From: Paragordius varius
Taxonomy: Eukaryota > Animalia > Nematomorpha
Length of the DNA stretch: 64,000 bases
NCBI GenBank assembly: GCA_964247055.1
Contig: OZ176052.1
Span: forward strand, 186,001-250,000
Direction: 5' to 3'
Position 1 is the stretch's first letter, and every line of letters begins with the position of its first letter. The translations under genes were made by a program, and so were the position numbers. Of this stretch, positions 50,301-62,759 are shown one piece after another. The notes below the pieces were generated by a model, which was not told where the DNA came from, made no database searches, and was given only the letters and a program-made list of their open reading frames with translations.

Positions 50301-53300
50301 AAAAGTTACTTAAAAAAATTGGTTAATAATTTTTTAAACATTTACAGAAAAATAAGTAAACCAGAAAATTTCAACGAAAAAAAATTACCATTTATAATAT
50401 TTTGACATATTTTAGGACCAAATTCTTGACTTTGAGGTAAGGATGAATAAGCCGGTGGGGGTTGACCTTCACCCCAAGGTTTAGGAGTTACGCCTATAAA
50501 GACATATAAAAAGACAAAATATAAAAAAAATTATAAGGACAAAATTAACAAAAAAAAGTAAAGAATTTAAAATTATATAAAATTAAATAAGTAATTGTTG
50601 TAGGATATAAGTTTTATTACCGTTTATTAATGAAAGAGCAAAATATTATTATATATATCAAAATTAGATTATAAAAGTATATTGTTTTTATAAAAGAAAA
50701 CCATATAAAACTCTAACAATATTTTTTTTCAATATTTGAAAAAAAAAATTATGTTAACCAAACCCCAATTATAAATATTGTTAATCAAAACATTTCAATA
50801 TTTTAAGTATGTAACAATAACAGACCTAATTTTATCAAAATAGGATATTTTAATATTAAACAATCATACTTTGTTTTGTGGTAACATATTTATCAAGATT
50901 GTTTAATATATTTCCCAGATGATAAATCAACTTGATTGATTGTAACTTTTTTATCAAAATATCTTTTACGGCAAAAAAATTATTTAATATATTTTAACAA
51001 AATCTGAAAATTTCATTTAAAAATTTAAATAATTTTAAAATTAAAATTTTAAAAAGAAAAAAAAAGTAAAAAAACCATGTTGATAAGACAAAGGCGGCGG
51101 TACAGCTGGCAATGGAGGTCTAAATTTCTTTAGTTTGTTTAAGTCCTCTGATGAGGGTCTGTAATAATCAGCTGATTCTGGAATCAGATCTTCTAGACTG
51201 GTTCCTTCAGAAGCGCCATCTGAAAAAAATTATATTAATGAAAAAATTTTTATAAAAAAAAAATGTAAATAAAATGTTTTTTTTATAAAAATAGATATTT
51301 ATAACCCTTAAAAGTTAATTATATAACCTAAATGATAACTGATATGTCAAATATAAGGTTGAAAGTTTGTTCTTTATTTAAAATTGTAATAAAATCAAAG
51401 CATAAAAAGTATGGTTTTTTGTATTTATTAAATAAAATATTTGCCTGATAATTTTATTTTAGTTTTAATTTTAACTTTAATTTTCGGTAAAAATTTAATT
51501 ATTTTACAGGAGTTTAACTTAAAATAAAAAAGACCAATCTTTGGAGGGTAAAATAAGTCTTAATTTATTATATAATCATTATAAATTATGTAAAAAACTA
51601 ACAATAAACACATCTTTAAAAACTCATAAAAAAGGCAATAAATTAGGATATGACAGTATTTTAATAATTAAAATCTTTTAAAAATTTGCTTTTCAAAAAA
51701 AATTCTGTTTCAAATAAATAAAATATTTGGTTTTTCGTATAATTACAAACTTTGCGTGGCTTCAGAAGGGGGAATCTGTTTAAAAAGCGCCCATTCATTT
51801 AACAGCTGTTCAAATCGAATTCTCAATTCCGGATCCACTTGGCGGGAAAGTACGACACCAACATATGATTCTAAAAATATATTTAAGTTAATTCAGTTAT
51901 TATAATTAAACGGAAAAAAACTATTAGCTAACCCTTAAACTAAAAAAAAGTTTTATAAAAATTGTATTTTTCTTTTTTACTTTTGTAGAACAAATATATG
52001 AAAGACAAATTATAAACTTATTAACTAAAACACAATTCTATCTCCTACTTGTTGTGATAAAACATCTAAAAAAAGAAATTACTTTTTATAATTGGGCATT
52101 ATATGAATTACAACGCTTTTAGATTTTCATAATCTTTTTTATCTATTAATATCCATTAAATTTATTTTTTCTTTTGCAAAACCAATTAATAAAAGTCAAA
52201 AATATATATCAACAATACAATTCTATACCCTACTTGTTGTGGAAAAATAAAATTCTATCTCTAAAAATGGAAATTACTTTAAATAATTAAGCAACATTAT
52301 ATTAATTACAACGCTTTTAGGTTTTCATAATTGTTTGTATCTATTAATATTCATTAATATATTTCCGTTAATTTTTTTGAAATAAATATACCCTAAATAT
52401 ATCTTTTACTCAATTTAACAACAAAACTTAATTATATTTAATTAATAACTAAATAGAAAAATTATTGACTTTAAATAAAAAAAATTATATAGAGAGTCTT
52501 TTTTATATTTCAAAAAAAATACTTCCAGAAAGGTCAGTTAGATCAGGAAACATATACGCTCCAATAGCATCTTTGAGAACAGGTGATTGGCCCGGAAACA
52601 GTGGGTATATCCAATGAGCCACGTGCAAAACAGCTGGTGGCACGTGATGACCAGCTGGCTTGGCAGTGGTCACGTGATCGGCATTATTAGGTGCTGCTTT
52701 TGATTGGCTGGCATTTAACGATGATTCATCATCTGGGATTTGAGAAACATCCCTAATCACATTCTCATGCCGTTCATCAATCTGAAAATTCATAAAAAAA
52801 ATGTTAAACTGCAAAAATCCAAAAAATTAAAAATGGAAATATCTAATATGCCTAAAATATGAAAAATCAATTTTTACAAAAATAAGGTATATAGTTCTTT
52901 TAATTACGTACATAAATAATCAATATTATAAAAGCGATCCTGGATTTAAAAGATACAAATTCTAAGAAAAAATGAACTTATTCTCAACAAAAAGTTTAAT
53001 ACTAATCCATTTTTAATTGCTAAATATGATAAATTAAGGATAAAAATATGTGTTGTCTTTTTTAAAATTAGCAGATTTTTAATTTATGAGTTTAAGATTG
53101 GTTTGCAACAAATGCATATTCACGCTTTAATGTTAGTAATTCACTAATTTTATATATTACAATCTAAAAAACTGATAATTCCTTTCACAAAAAGACTTTA
53201 CTTTTTGATTTTAAGACTAATTATCAATATACAAAACTTTTTTCATTTTTATATTTTATTTTAAATCTTTTTGAAAACTCATTTATAAAGAAAACTAAAA

Positions 53301-55165
53301 ACCTTAAAAATTTTAAGGGGGCTAGGCCCCTCAGGCGACGTTACATTATTGTGATCATCAATGAAGAACAGTTGAACGCCCTTATTTATAGCCAGTAATA
53401 ATTCTGCGTTTGGGAGTTCTTTAGAATTTGCAGGATTTTCAGCATAGTAATAATCTGTAGATCCATATTCAGGAGAATTTGCAGAATTGCTATTATTCTA
53501 AGAGTTTTTTGATAAATTTTTAAATTAAAAAATTTCTTGAGTTAATTTAGAGAAAAAATCACAGTAAAATGGTTATAAAATAAAAGACAAAACATATACA
53601 TTAAACAGAAAAAATTTTTAATATAAATAAAAAATTTTGATATTACACAAAAAAAGGTAATACACTCAACTTTATAACAATTGATATATCATAGAAATCA
53701 AGAGTCAAATAATATAGTTTCTTTTCCACATACAAAAAAAATTCAAGTCTTTTTAAGCTTTTATTAAGTTTTGTTTGACCTTATAATTTTAACATTTTAT
53801 ACTAGATACGGATAGTTAAAGTAATTAAAGATCGAAACCGGAACGGTTTTAAGTTAGGGTTCAAGTTTAATATAAATTATTTCTAAAGAACAAACGGTTC
53901 TGAACAAAATCGCAGAGTTTCAAAGAATTTAAGGACAAAAAATTTTTTTAAGCGACAAAATTTAATCGGATATTTTGTTTTTAAATATAGATTTACCCTA
54001 ATTTTAATCATGAAACAAAAATATAAATAAAAACTGTTAATTATTTTATTTTATTAACTATTGGTAAACTATCTAAAATTTACTTTTCCTCTATACTTTA
54101 AAAAAATCAAAATAAAACAAAATTTATGAAACAAATATTATTAAAAAAGTAAAAAAAAATGAAAACATTTTATTTAAATCTCTAAAATTTACTTTTGCTC
54201 TAAACTTTAAAAAAATCAAAATAGAAAATAAAATTTAAACATATATTATTAAAAAATTAGAAAAGTGAAAACATTTTAATTAAATCTGTAATTTCGATTC
54301 CATAAGAAAAATTCTAATTTCGATTTCCTTTATATTCCGATTACTTTTAATTTATCTAAATTTGGCAATCAATAAATTATATAGGCGTGGTTTAATATTA
54401 ATATAATATACGGTAAAATAGCTTAAGGCATATTTCATCAATCTTTAAAAGGTTAGATAAGATAAAATACAATTTGTTACCCAAATAATTTTGAACGAAA
54501 AAAAAACCGTAATTTTTAAGAATTAAAATTATACGGAAGGACAAAACGGTAAAAATATAAAGACAAGAATTTTGTTTTAAAAGTCAACCATGCTTTATAA
54601 ATCTTGAATTAATTAATAAAATAAAACGCATTGTTTTAAACTGCAAAGTCTCTAATAGAGATATATATTACTAACACAATTAATTATTTATTTGTTACGA
54701 TTGTAGTTTAAATAATTTATATATAGGAAAAATTAAGGTTTAGACAAGTATGGGGTTGTTTTTTTTGTAAAAAAATATTTGTCTTTATATTTTTTACGTA
54801 TTATATAATTTTTTTTACTGAAAGGTCATTCTTAGATGAACTTTTAAAATTTTCAAAAATTTCAATTTTTTTATTCAATCATTCATATTAACTTTGATAT
54901 TTCTAAACAATTTCGTTTACAATATAAATATACCATTTACAATTCAAATTTACCCTTAACAAATTAAATTAACCCTAAAAATAAATTATATGTTTTCTGA
55001 CAGCTAATATAATTCATCAATAAGTAATATATTATTATGGTAGAGTTTATTATTTTTTCAGTATTATATTTTAATTTTAAACAAAATTTCATTTTTTAAA
55101 AATATAATTTATTTTAGGGTGAAATTAGATTGTTTAAAAATGAATTTGAACTATAAATGGTATTA

Positions 55166-55196
<31 letters not shown>

Positions 55197-57681
55197 GTGA
55201 AACTAAACAATTTTTAAAATTTTAAAATTTAAATAAATACAATCGAAAAAATATGCAATCTAAACAAAAATACTTGGGTATAATCCGAACTCGAACTCAA
55301 AAATGCCCCCATAAATCGCGCGCGAATAAGGAATTTAAATAAAAATTTTGTTTAAAAAAACTGATCAAAAAAATATATAAATTGTTTTATAAATTAAAAT
55401 AATTTTTAATCAATAAAAGAAACTACACACCTAAAACAATATATATTTATAAATAAAAAAGAAAAACGAAAAAGCCGCCCTCTTTCGTAAAAATAAACAT
55501 AAACAACAACAAAATATTTTGGCACAAATGCAAAACCAATCAATATCAATCAATTAATTTTGTTTAAACATAATATCTATTTATTGGCTATAAAATAAAA
55601 TAAAAAGTATAATTATATATGTTTTGTTAATTTTATAATTATATAAAAATATTTTCTAACCGCAAATTTTAAATATTTACTATTGTAAGCCTACCCTACT
55701 CTTTTAAAATTAGATATTTTATCAATTCAAATTCACCCTTGAACCACAATTTACTAAAATAAATTATGCGTTTTTAAAGATTAAATATTACTTATTTTAT
55801 AAAATTTTATTGAATTTTTTTTAAAATAATCAAAAAATAATATAAACTATGCGCCATAAAGATTTTCATATGAATGATAATGAGTTATATTAGTCGCCCA
55901 AAAACACATAATTTCTTTTTAGGGTAAATTTTAACTATTCAAGGGTAAATTTGAATTGTTCAAGGGTGAATTTGAATTGTAAATGATATATTATATAACT
56001 GGATTCCTGGCAAATTTACGTATATAGCAAAGGCAAACCTAATTTAAAAAAATTATTGCCATTTTTATATGAATACATATTTAAAAAATTAAATTTAAAC
56101 GTAAAAAAAGACTAAAATTTTAGAAAAAAACATATTTTTAACTCAATTTTTTCAAACATAACCATATCGTTTTAACCTGTGAAATAAGGATTATCAATTT
56201 TTTATTTCAGTTTTATTATAAATATTTTCCGTAAAAACTCTCCTTTGACGGCCAATCGTATGAAAAAATTTAATTATGCTTAATAAAAATTTAAATTAAA
56301 TTGATATTAATATTTTTTAAAGTTAATATTTACCATAATAATATTATTGCGTTTTTTAATTATTCTAAGGATATATTTTACACAAAAATTAAAATGATAT
56401 TTTTTAAAAATTTAGCGGGTTCATTACTGCAAAATACCCATAAAATAGTTAATTTTTTGGGGTAGGTTAATTCAAACTTAAAAATACTAAGAATTAACTT
56501 ATTTAAAAAAATGTATATAGATCTGATTATTTCATATCTATAGATATAGAGTCAAAAAATATAGACTTTTTTATAATAAAAAATATTTTATTCACATTAC
56601 TAATGTTTCGTGTTTAAAATTTTAATTTTACTGTAAAATCATTAATTAACGTTGTAAAAAAGACATGGCATTCTAAAATGTATCATGAAATAACTAATGT
56701 AATTCCGCAAATATGTTAAGGGGAATGATTTTTGAAGCTACAATAAAAATCAAACTCCAGATTAGTATCAATTGATATATTTTCCTTTTGGTTGTCTATA
56801 AAACTTTATTATATCTCACTAAACAAAATTCAACATTACCAAGTTTTTTTTAAATTTAAATTTTTCTAAATATAAATTTTAATTTAAAAGATTAATATTT
56901 TTGCATATTTTTCATATTTATCCTATCGATTGAAATTAAAAAATAAATTCAGATATATTCAAGAATTAAGTACTTTTCAACATAGTTTTACCCTTTAAGT
57001 TAAAAAAACTTAAATTTATAAATAATTGAATTAAAATAAAAAAAATGGTTTTTTTACCAATTCATATTTCTCGGTGTTTTGTGATAAATTGTTTGATTCA
57101 AGAAAGTGGATTCGATCTAACGTTTCTTGCCGAGTAACTTTCATTTTAGTAATCAAGTCTTGAGCCTATTAATTATAAATTGTGCAAGAAATATATAAAA
57201 AATTTGATATAAATGGGCCAAATAGTATTTTATATATTGGTTTTTGAAAGATATAGCTTATAAATAAATTGCCATGTAAAAATAAAATTTTTAATATTGA
57301 AAAGCAACAAAATTGTGTATGAATAATATTATTAAAGGTCAATCTTATAAAATATCATATTTTACCCAAATAAAATGTTTTCTTATCAATATTATACCTT
57401 GGATTTTGTAAAAAGAAAAGTTAATTATTTATAATATTTTACCAGAATGCGATCATCTGGATCTTCGAATTTGTCCAGATCGAATGCAAAACTTTTGCCA
57501 AGAATAACTAAACCATCTTTGTAAAATATGAGAGCTTCTCCATAATTACTAGATTCATCAAAATTCAGGGCCTATAAAATTAAATAGAAAAGTAAACTTT
57601 TTCTATGAGATCATAAGCCAACCCATAATTGTAAAGAAAGGCATCAATTAATTTTGGTGTCGAAGCCAAATTTTCCATCAT
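43651..57681 (-). CDS. SPART: Spartin (MIT domain plus senescence domain); 14 exons: 57681-57598, 57571-57443, 57165-57058, 53497-53303, 52781-52523, 51870-51751, 51219-51076, 50493-50389, 49661-49467, 48711-48556, 47615-47525, 47051-46984, 45029-44855, 43687-43651 (~621 aa)
   Basis: MIT-like AYDLIEKALNFDE..EALIFYKDG; GVQLFFIDD..V; WIYPLFPGQSPVLK...GAYMFPD; YVGVVLS; PPPAY; senescence domain ICQNIINGTDWVS...IRQGADQLQDRITP...LAPYVKK...STVFLNLEMAG..LA..ETVRIVKYKYGQKAG. All junctions are GT-AG and in phase. Confidence 0.92.
44415..44850. repeat. Family B1 21-23-bp array directly after the spartin exon 13 donor
   Basis: About 19 units of AAGGGTGAATTTGAATTGTT. Confidence 0.85.
45030..46560. repeat. 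~1.5-kb minisatellite (~40-bp unit GAATTGAATAAATTTTTGTGGAAAAAAATTATAGATAG) in spartin intron 12
   Basis: Roughly 35 imperfect units starting at the exon 13 acceptor. Confidence 0.9.
46630..48287. mobile_element. MITE family A copies (~46630-46896, ~47990-48287) in spartin introns
   Basis: Family A TIR motifs. Confidence 0.75.
49100..49350. mobile_element. MITE family B1 copy
   Basis: AATTCACCCTTGAACAATTC, conserved core, TTAGGGTGAATT. Confidence 0.7.
52033..52360. repeat. ~185-bp direct tandem duplication
   Basis: CAATTCTAT..CTACTTGTTGTG...ATTACAACGCTTTTAG.TTTTCATAAT occurs twice. Confidence 0.75.
54530..54820. mobile_element. MITE family A copy
   Basis: ATTATACGGAAGGACAAAACGG...AAGTATGGGGTTG...TTTTACTG. 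Confidence 0.7.
54933..55985. mobile_element. Two MITE family B1 copies (~54933-55160, ~55725-55985)
   Basis: TATACCATTTACAATTC...TAAATGG and the conserved core. Confidence 0.7.
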
Positions 57682-58939
57682 TAGTTTACAAAATAATATT
57701 GCTATAACTCAAGAAAATGAGTCATATACCCCAAACCTAATTTTAAAAAATCTGGATCATATGGTAAAATCAAAAACGCGCATGTTATAAATTTTAAATA
57801 TTTCCGTAAAATCCGGTAAATTTTTAAGTTATATTTTGGTTATACACAAGAACGAAACGTGAAAATATTTGAGTACTTTGATTAAATTTTGTCACAACTA
57901 GTGTTATGCATTTGACTGCTTTTTCAAAAAAGTCCAGTCAGACCCGGTCAGACCGTGGTCATGACCACTTTTTACTTAAGTAAGTATAATGCGATATTGT
58001 TAAAATTTGGAATTACACTTCGTTTTACTAATAATGTCATGTCTTTTCTTTAAAATTTGTATTATACATTTTTTTGATATTTATAATTTACATATATTTT
58101 TAATCGAATTTGATCAAGAAATTGTTTTACAATTTTACCTAGTTTGTTTTACACTTTTTCATTATTAAAATATCCAATTATATGATGTTTTCCATTTTTG
58201 GTTCACATATATGGAATTGGTTATTTTGCAAAGTTCTATATTGCTTTGTTTTTCGAAATAACTGGATATGCTTGGATACTTATGTTATGAGGCATGTTTA
58301 ACAATTATTAATATTGTTAAATAATATTTAATTTTTATTTTTTAAAAAACATATCAAAAAAACAATAAAATCTTACTATCTCTCTTCCAAAAAAAATTTA
58401 CTAGCATTTTTTAAAAAACAGCTGTTTTTTTTCAATGTCCATGATCATAAAATAAATAGTCACTGACCTGGTCGTGACTTGGTCAGCCCAATCCTAGTCA
58501 CAACACAATCAAAATCATTCATGGAATGGGAAATCAAATATCATCACCTAGATTATTTTGAGAATCATTCACAATGTTGAGTTGTTACTCTCACTGGTCG
58601 CTATGAACATTAAGATAATGAACTCTGATTTTGAAAGCCAACTTGTTTATCTTTGTGAACAATATACTTAGGTATAATTTATTTTTGTGATTTAAATGGT
58701 AAATTTTATAAATTAATTTTCAACTTGGTCTCCTCTATACATTGGCAAATACTTGTAACTTTTGGTTAGATATTGTGGTTTTAAACAAAATTTATTTTAG
58801 AACCGAGACTATAATATTATTTCAGAGCCGTTTTATTTTTAATAATTGTGCATATGCTACCACTTTTTTGTTTTAATTATGGTTTAGGCTGAGTTATTAG
58901 ATCGATTAAAAAGAATAAAGCTTGAGAGTTTATAGCTAG

Positions 58940-59740
58940 CAATCAGGAACCTGACAGGTTTGCCCAAAAAATATTTGGGCTCACCATTAAGGATTGGATG
59001 GTCGTCGATACATAATTGAATGGGTCTTAAGTCATTGGAGTGCGATTTATAATTAGGATTATTTTTATGCCAATAGAAGGTAACTTCATAGATCGGGGCT
59101 ATCTCTGATGATAGTAAGGTCGTCCGCGAAGGCCAAGCATGAGGTGAGGGGTCGATTGTTTAGGGCTACGATAATGGGGTTAATACAGAGGTTAAAGATT
59201 AGGCCGGAAAGAGGGCACCCTTGCTTAATTCCTTTAAGATAGGGGATGGGGGGTAGGTAAGGTTTTTATCGATTAAAAATTGCATAGAAGAGTTAAGTAA
59301 AATAAAATTTAAAAGGCTTTCAAGGGGTGGGGGCAGGCCAAGGGACGTTAAAAGTTTGGTGCAGACGGGCAGGGGAATCGAGTCGAAGGCGGCGGAAACG
59401 TCCAGCCATAGAAAGATGGTCTGGTGGTTCGCTGTTCGGGCCTTCGATAAGCGGTTGGAAATGTAATAATTATGTTCCAACACGCCCTCGAAGGGGGAAA
59501 ACCCTTTTTGTTGGGGGGCGATGAGATTGTGGAGGGACACATGGTGGCTGAGGAATTTATGGATGATTTTAGCAAAGATTCGATAAATTATGTTAGAAAT
59601 GGCGATGGGGCGAAAATTGGAGGGGTCGGAGGTGTCACCTTTCTTATGGATTAAGTTAGAAAAAAATTGAAGCCATGCTTTGGGGACAGTTTGGAATATA
59701 AGGCAGGCATATTTTAAAAATCTTGGAAATAATCACAAAG
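58940..59740 (-). mobile_element. Decayed non-LTR retrotransposon RT fragment (copy 1)
   Basis: WLDVSAAFDSIP, then in shifted frames [21 protein letters not shown] and CLAFADDL. Confidence 0.85.
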
Positions 59741-59769
59741 ACGCGTTTTCGCAAATATGGGACTCACCA

Positions 59770-59990
59770 TCAAAGAGGCATGGAATTCGATGGTCGTCGA
59801 TAAATAATTGAATGGGTTTAAATTTTATAACTAAGGATCCAAGACTTGAATATTTTTTTATATCAATTGAAATTAACGAGCGAGTCAGGGAAATTGTGGT
59901 TTTTATGGTGTCAGGGGGCTATCTGCGATGATAAGGTCATCTGCGAGGCCCAAACTCGAAGTCAGGGTTTTGATATTTATAGTGATATTG
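59770..59990 (-). mobile_element. Short RT fragment (copy 2)
   Basis: Similar to 59000-59140 (gggctatct..gatgataaggtc.tc.gcga = ADDLII.DSP region). Confidence 0.6.
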
Positions 59991-60149
59991 GTTTGGTGCA
60001 AAGGTCCTCTTTGGTAATGAATAAAATCTGCTAACTTTTTGTCAAAAAATAACACTGGCGTCGATTATGTATAAGGCATTCGAAGATCTTAACACCACGT
60101 CAAGCTTTATGGGAAAAAAATCCACAAATTTATTTTTAAATAAAATTTC

Positions 60150-61230
60150 AAAAACATTTTTTAAGTTGTTTAGAAGGGATAGAATATCGGTTGTAGCGGA
60201 ATATCCCTCCAAATTATCTTTTTGACTTCATTTTTACGACAATTTACCACGAATTTTCCAGAGTAAGGCGACATCTCTGATCGACAACTTTCGCCCATCG
60301 CTATCACAAATATAATTTATCGAATCTTTACAGAAATTCTCCATAAGCACCTAAGCCACCACGTGTCCCTCCACAACCTGATCACCCCCCAACAAAAAGG
60401 ATTTTCCTCTTTTTAATGGCGTGTTGAAACATAATAACTACGTTTACAACCGCCTGTCTAAAGCCCGAACAGCGAACCACCAGTCCATTTTCTTATGATT
60501 AGACATCTCCCCGTTTTCGACTCCCCCCACCCTGTCTGCACCAAACTTCTAAGATCCCTTGGCCTGCCCCCACCCGCTGAAAGCCTTTTAAACTTTATTT
60601 TACTTAATTCATCAACTCATTTCCTAATTGACAAGAATCTGACCGACCCCATCCACTACCTTAAAAGAATTAAGCAAGGGTGCCCACTTTCAGGTCTAAT
60701 TTTCAACTTTTGCATTAATCCGATCATCGTCACGCTTAAAAATCAACCTCTTGCCTCATATTTAGCCTTCGCAGACGACCTTGCTATCATCGCAGATAGC
60801 CCTGACGCCATGAGAACCGGAGTCAGTCAGACAGAATCACTCAATATCTCTTAATTCGATCGGTTTTAAAATAATATGAACCGCCTCCAACAGCTTACGA
60901 CCATTTGAATTTTCTAGCAACGATTACCTAACCCCATGCCTGCTCGATGAGCCCCGTTTGGGTAAACTTGTTGGATTGATTGTTCCGGACAAATTAGCTT
61001 TTTTATCGGTAAATTGTATCCTCTCTTTCATGACTCCTTGGCAAAAATGCGACAGCTGTTTATTAGGCTGACTAATCATCAAAAGCTCTGTTTGGAAATC
61101 GTTCTAAAATCAGATTATCTTTAATTGTTCTCATCTTCGCATAAATCTTAAGTCCCTTTTTCTCTCGCAAGGTGCAACTAACGCTTATTTCTATATTAAC
61201 ACCGATTCTGGTGGATTAACTTTCTAACCT
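60150..61230 (+). mobile_element. Decayed non-LTR retrotransposon RT fragment (copy 3, inverted relative to copy 1)
   Basis: [21 protein letters not shown]...YLAFADDLAIIADSP; nucleotide inverted similarity to 59100-59650. Confidence 0.85.
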
Positions 61231-62205
61231 TTTTCTATACAATATACTTCTCAAATACACCCGTGAACAATTTAAATTCACCCTTGAACATATCAAATTC
61301 ACCCTAAAATAAATTATGTGTGTTTAAATATAAAAATTATCAATATTTTTTTTATATTTAAACAAATAAATTTTTTTTTAATACAGAAAAAATAAATTAA
61401 CATATCCAGACGGGAAATACATTTCAAAACCGGCTGGCTGATTTATCCACAAGGATCGTCGAAAACTGTTACCTGTGAATAGTCGCCCGGACTCTCCTGA
61501 AAATCCAAGGTAATAACATGGCAAGGCAAATGAAACTCTACATCAGCTAAACCTATGCCTTCAATATTCTCCGCACTGGACAAAAAAGCTTACTTACATG
61601 CCTGGAAATTTCAAAAATCATCCCACTATCAGCACCAAATTAGTTTATGAAAGCACACCTTCTTAACACAACAACCCTTATATAATTAATATTAAAGGTA
61701 ATTGCTTTAAATTTTAAAAACAGAAAAAACTATGAAAGATCACTATATTAAAAAAAATAGATAAATACCAATAGTATACTACTCCTAATACAAGCACAAA
61801 AAACAAAAATATTGATGATGATATATAAAGAATGGCTTTAAACAAAATCTGACCAGCACAAGAATTTTCTACAGTTTCTAAACAAATGGAAAGAGCAACA
61901 CCATCTTTTATAACTCAAAAGTATGGAACACATTCATAAAAGACTATATATTTAGAAACCAAATCAACACACATTACATTCCATTTGAAAAATACGATTA
62001 ATTTATTATCTTAGCATTAAACAAATAAATATAGCATTTATATTGGCTCCTTTTTCTTGACATATTCTCCCATTTATGTATTATAATGTGGCAACACTTG
62101 AACACATTCATATAAATTCAATTTCTTCTTATCAGCTTAATATTTGATACGATCTCTATTATGTGCTCCTAAATATAAGCTTCATCTCTTCAATCCAATA
62201 TTTAT

Positions 62206-62440
62206 ACCATTTACAATTTGAATTCGCCCTTATTCACCTTCAAACATTCAAATCTGAAATGAATTATGTGTTTTTAAGAGTAAAAATTACCTATATTTTA
62301 AAAAAATGAAATTTTGTTTAAAATTAAATTAATACTGGAAAAATAATAAACTATGCCATAAAGATATATTTTATATTAATAATGATTTTTGCCCGAAAAT
62401 ATATAATTTATTTTTAGGGTGATTTTGAATTGTAAATAGT
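62206..62440. mobile_element. MITE family B1 copy
   Basis: TATACCATTTACAATT, conserved core, TTAGGGTGATTTTGAATTGTAAAT. Confidence 0.7.
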
Positions 62441-62759
62441 ATATATATATAGTGATCAAAGTGAGCGCCTTCCCGAAATCTCCAAAAATAAATTTATTAA
62501 TTATTATGGATCTTTTTAATGGTCGTATATCAAATATCAATATGATAAGAACAGATTTTATTTTCAATGTAATATACATTAAAACTAAAAAAGGTCCGTG
62601 TGGTTAAATATAATATTTTTTTATATGTTGGTGAATGCTGGATTATGGGATGGACACATAAGAATTTATGATTATTTTATAATAAATTTTGTACGAAAAT
62701 ATTTTACGAATAAAAAACAATCAAAAAGAATAGGAGTGAAAAACTCTAAACAGGGTTAA

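Noticed and set aside
53800-54360. Additional MITE with weak inverted ends
   Set aside because: Only a short partial inverted match and a single copy in the window; not supportable.
57890-58510. Possible hAT-like TIR element upstream of spartin (GGTCAGACC/TGACCTGGTC motifs)
   Set aside because: The inverted match is too weak and no TSD could be established.
59327-59654. Plus-strand ORFs 59327-59524 and 59472-59654
   Set aside because: Antisense shadows of the GC-richer RT fragment.
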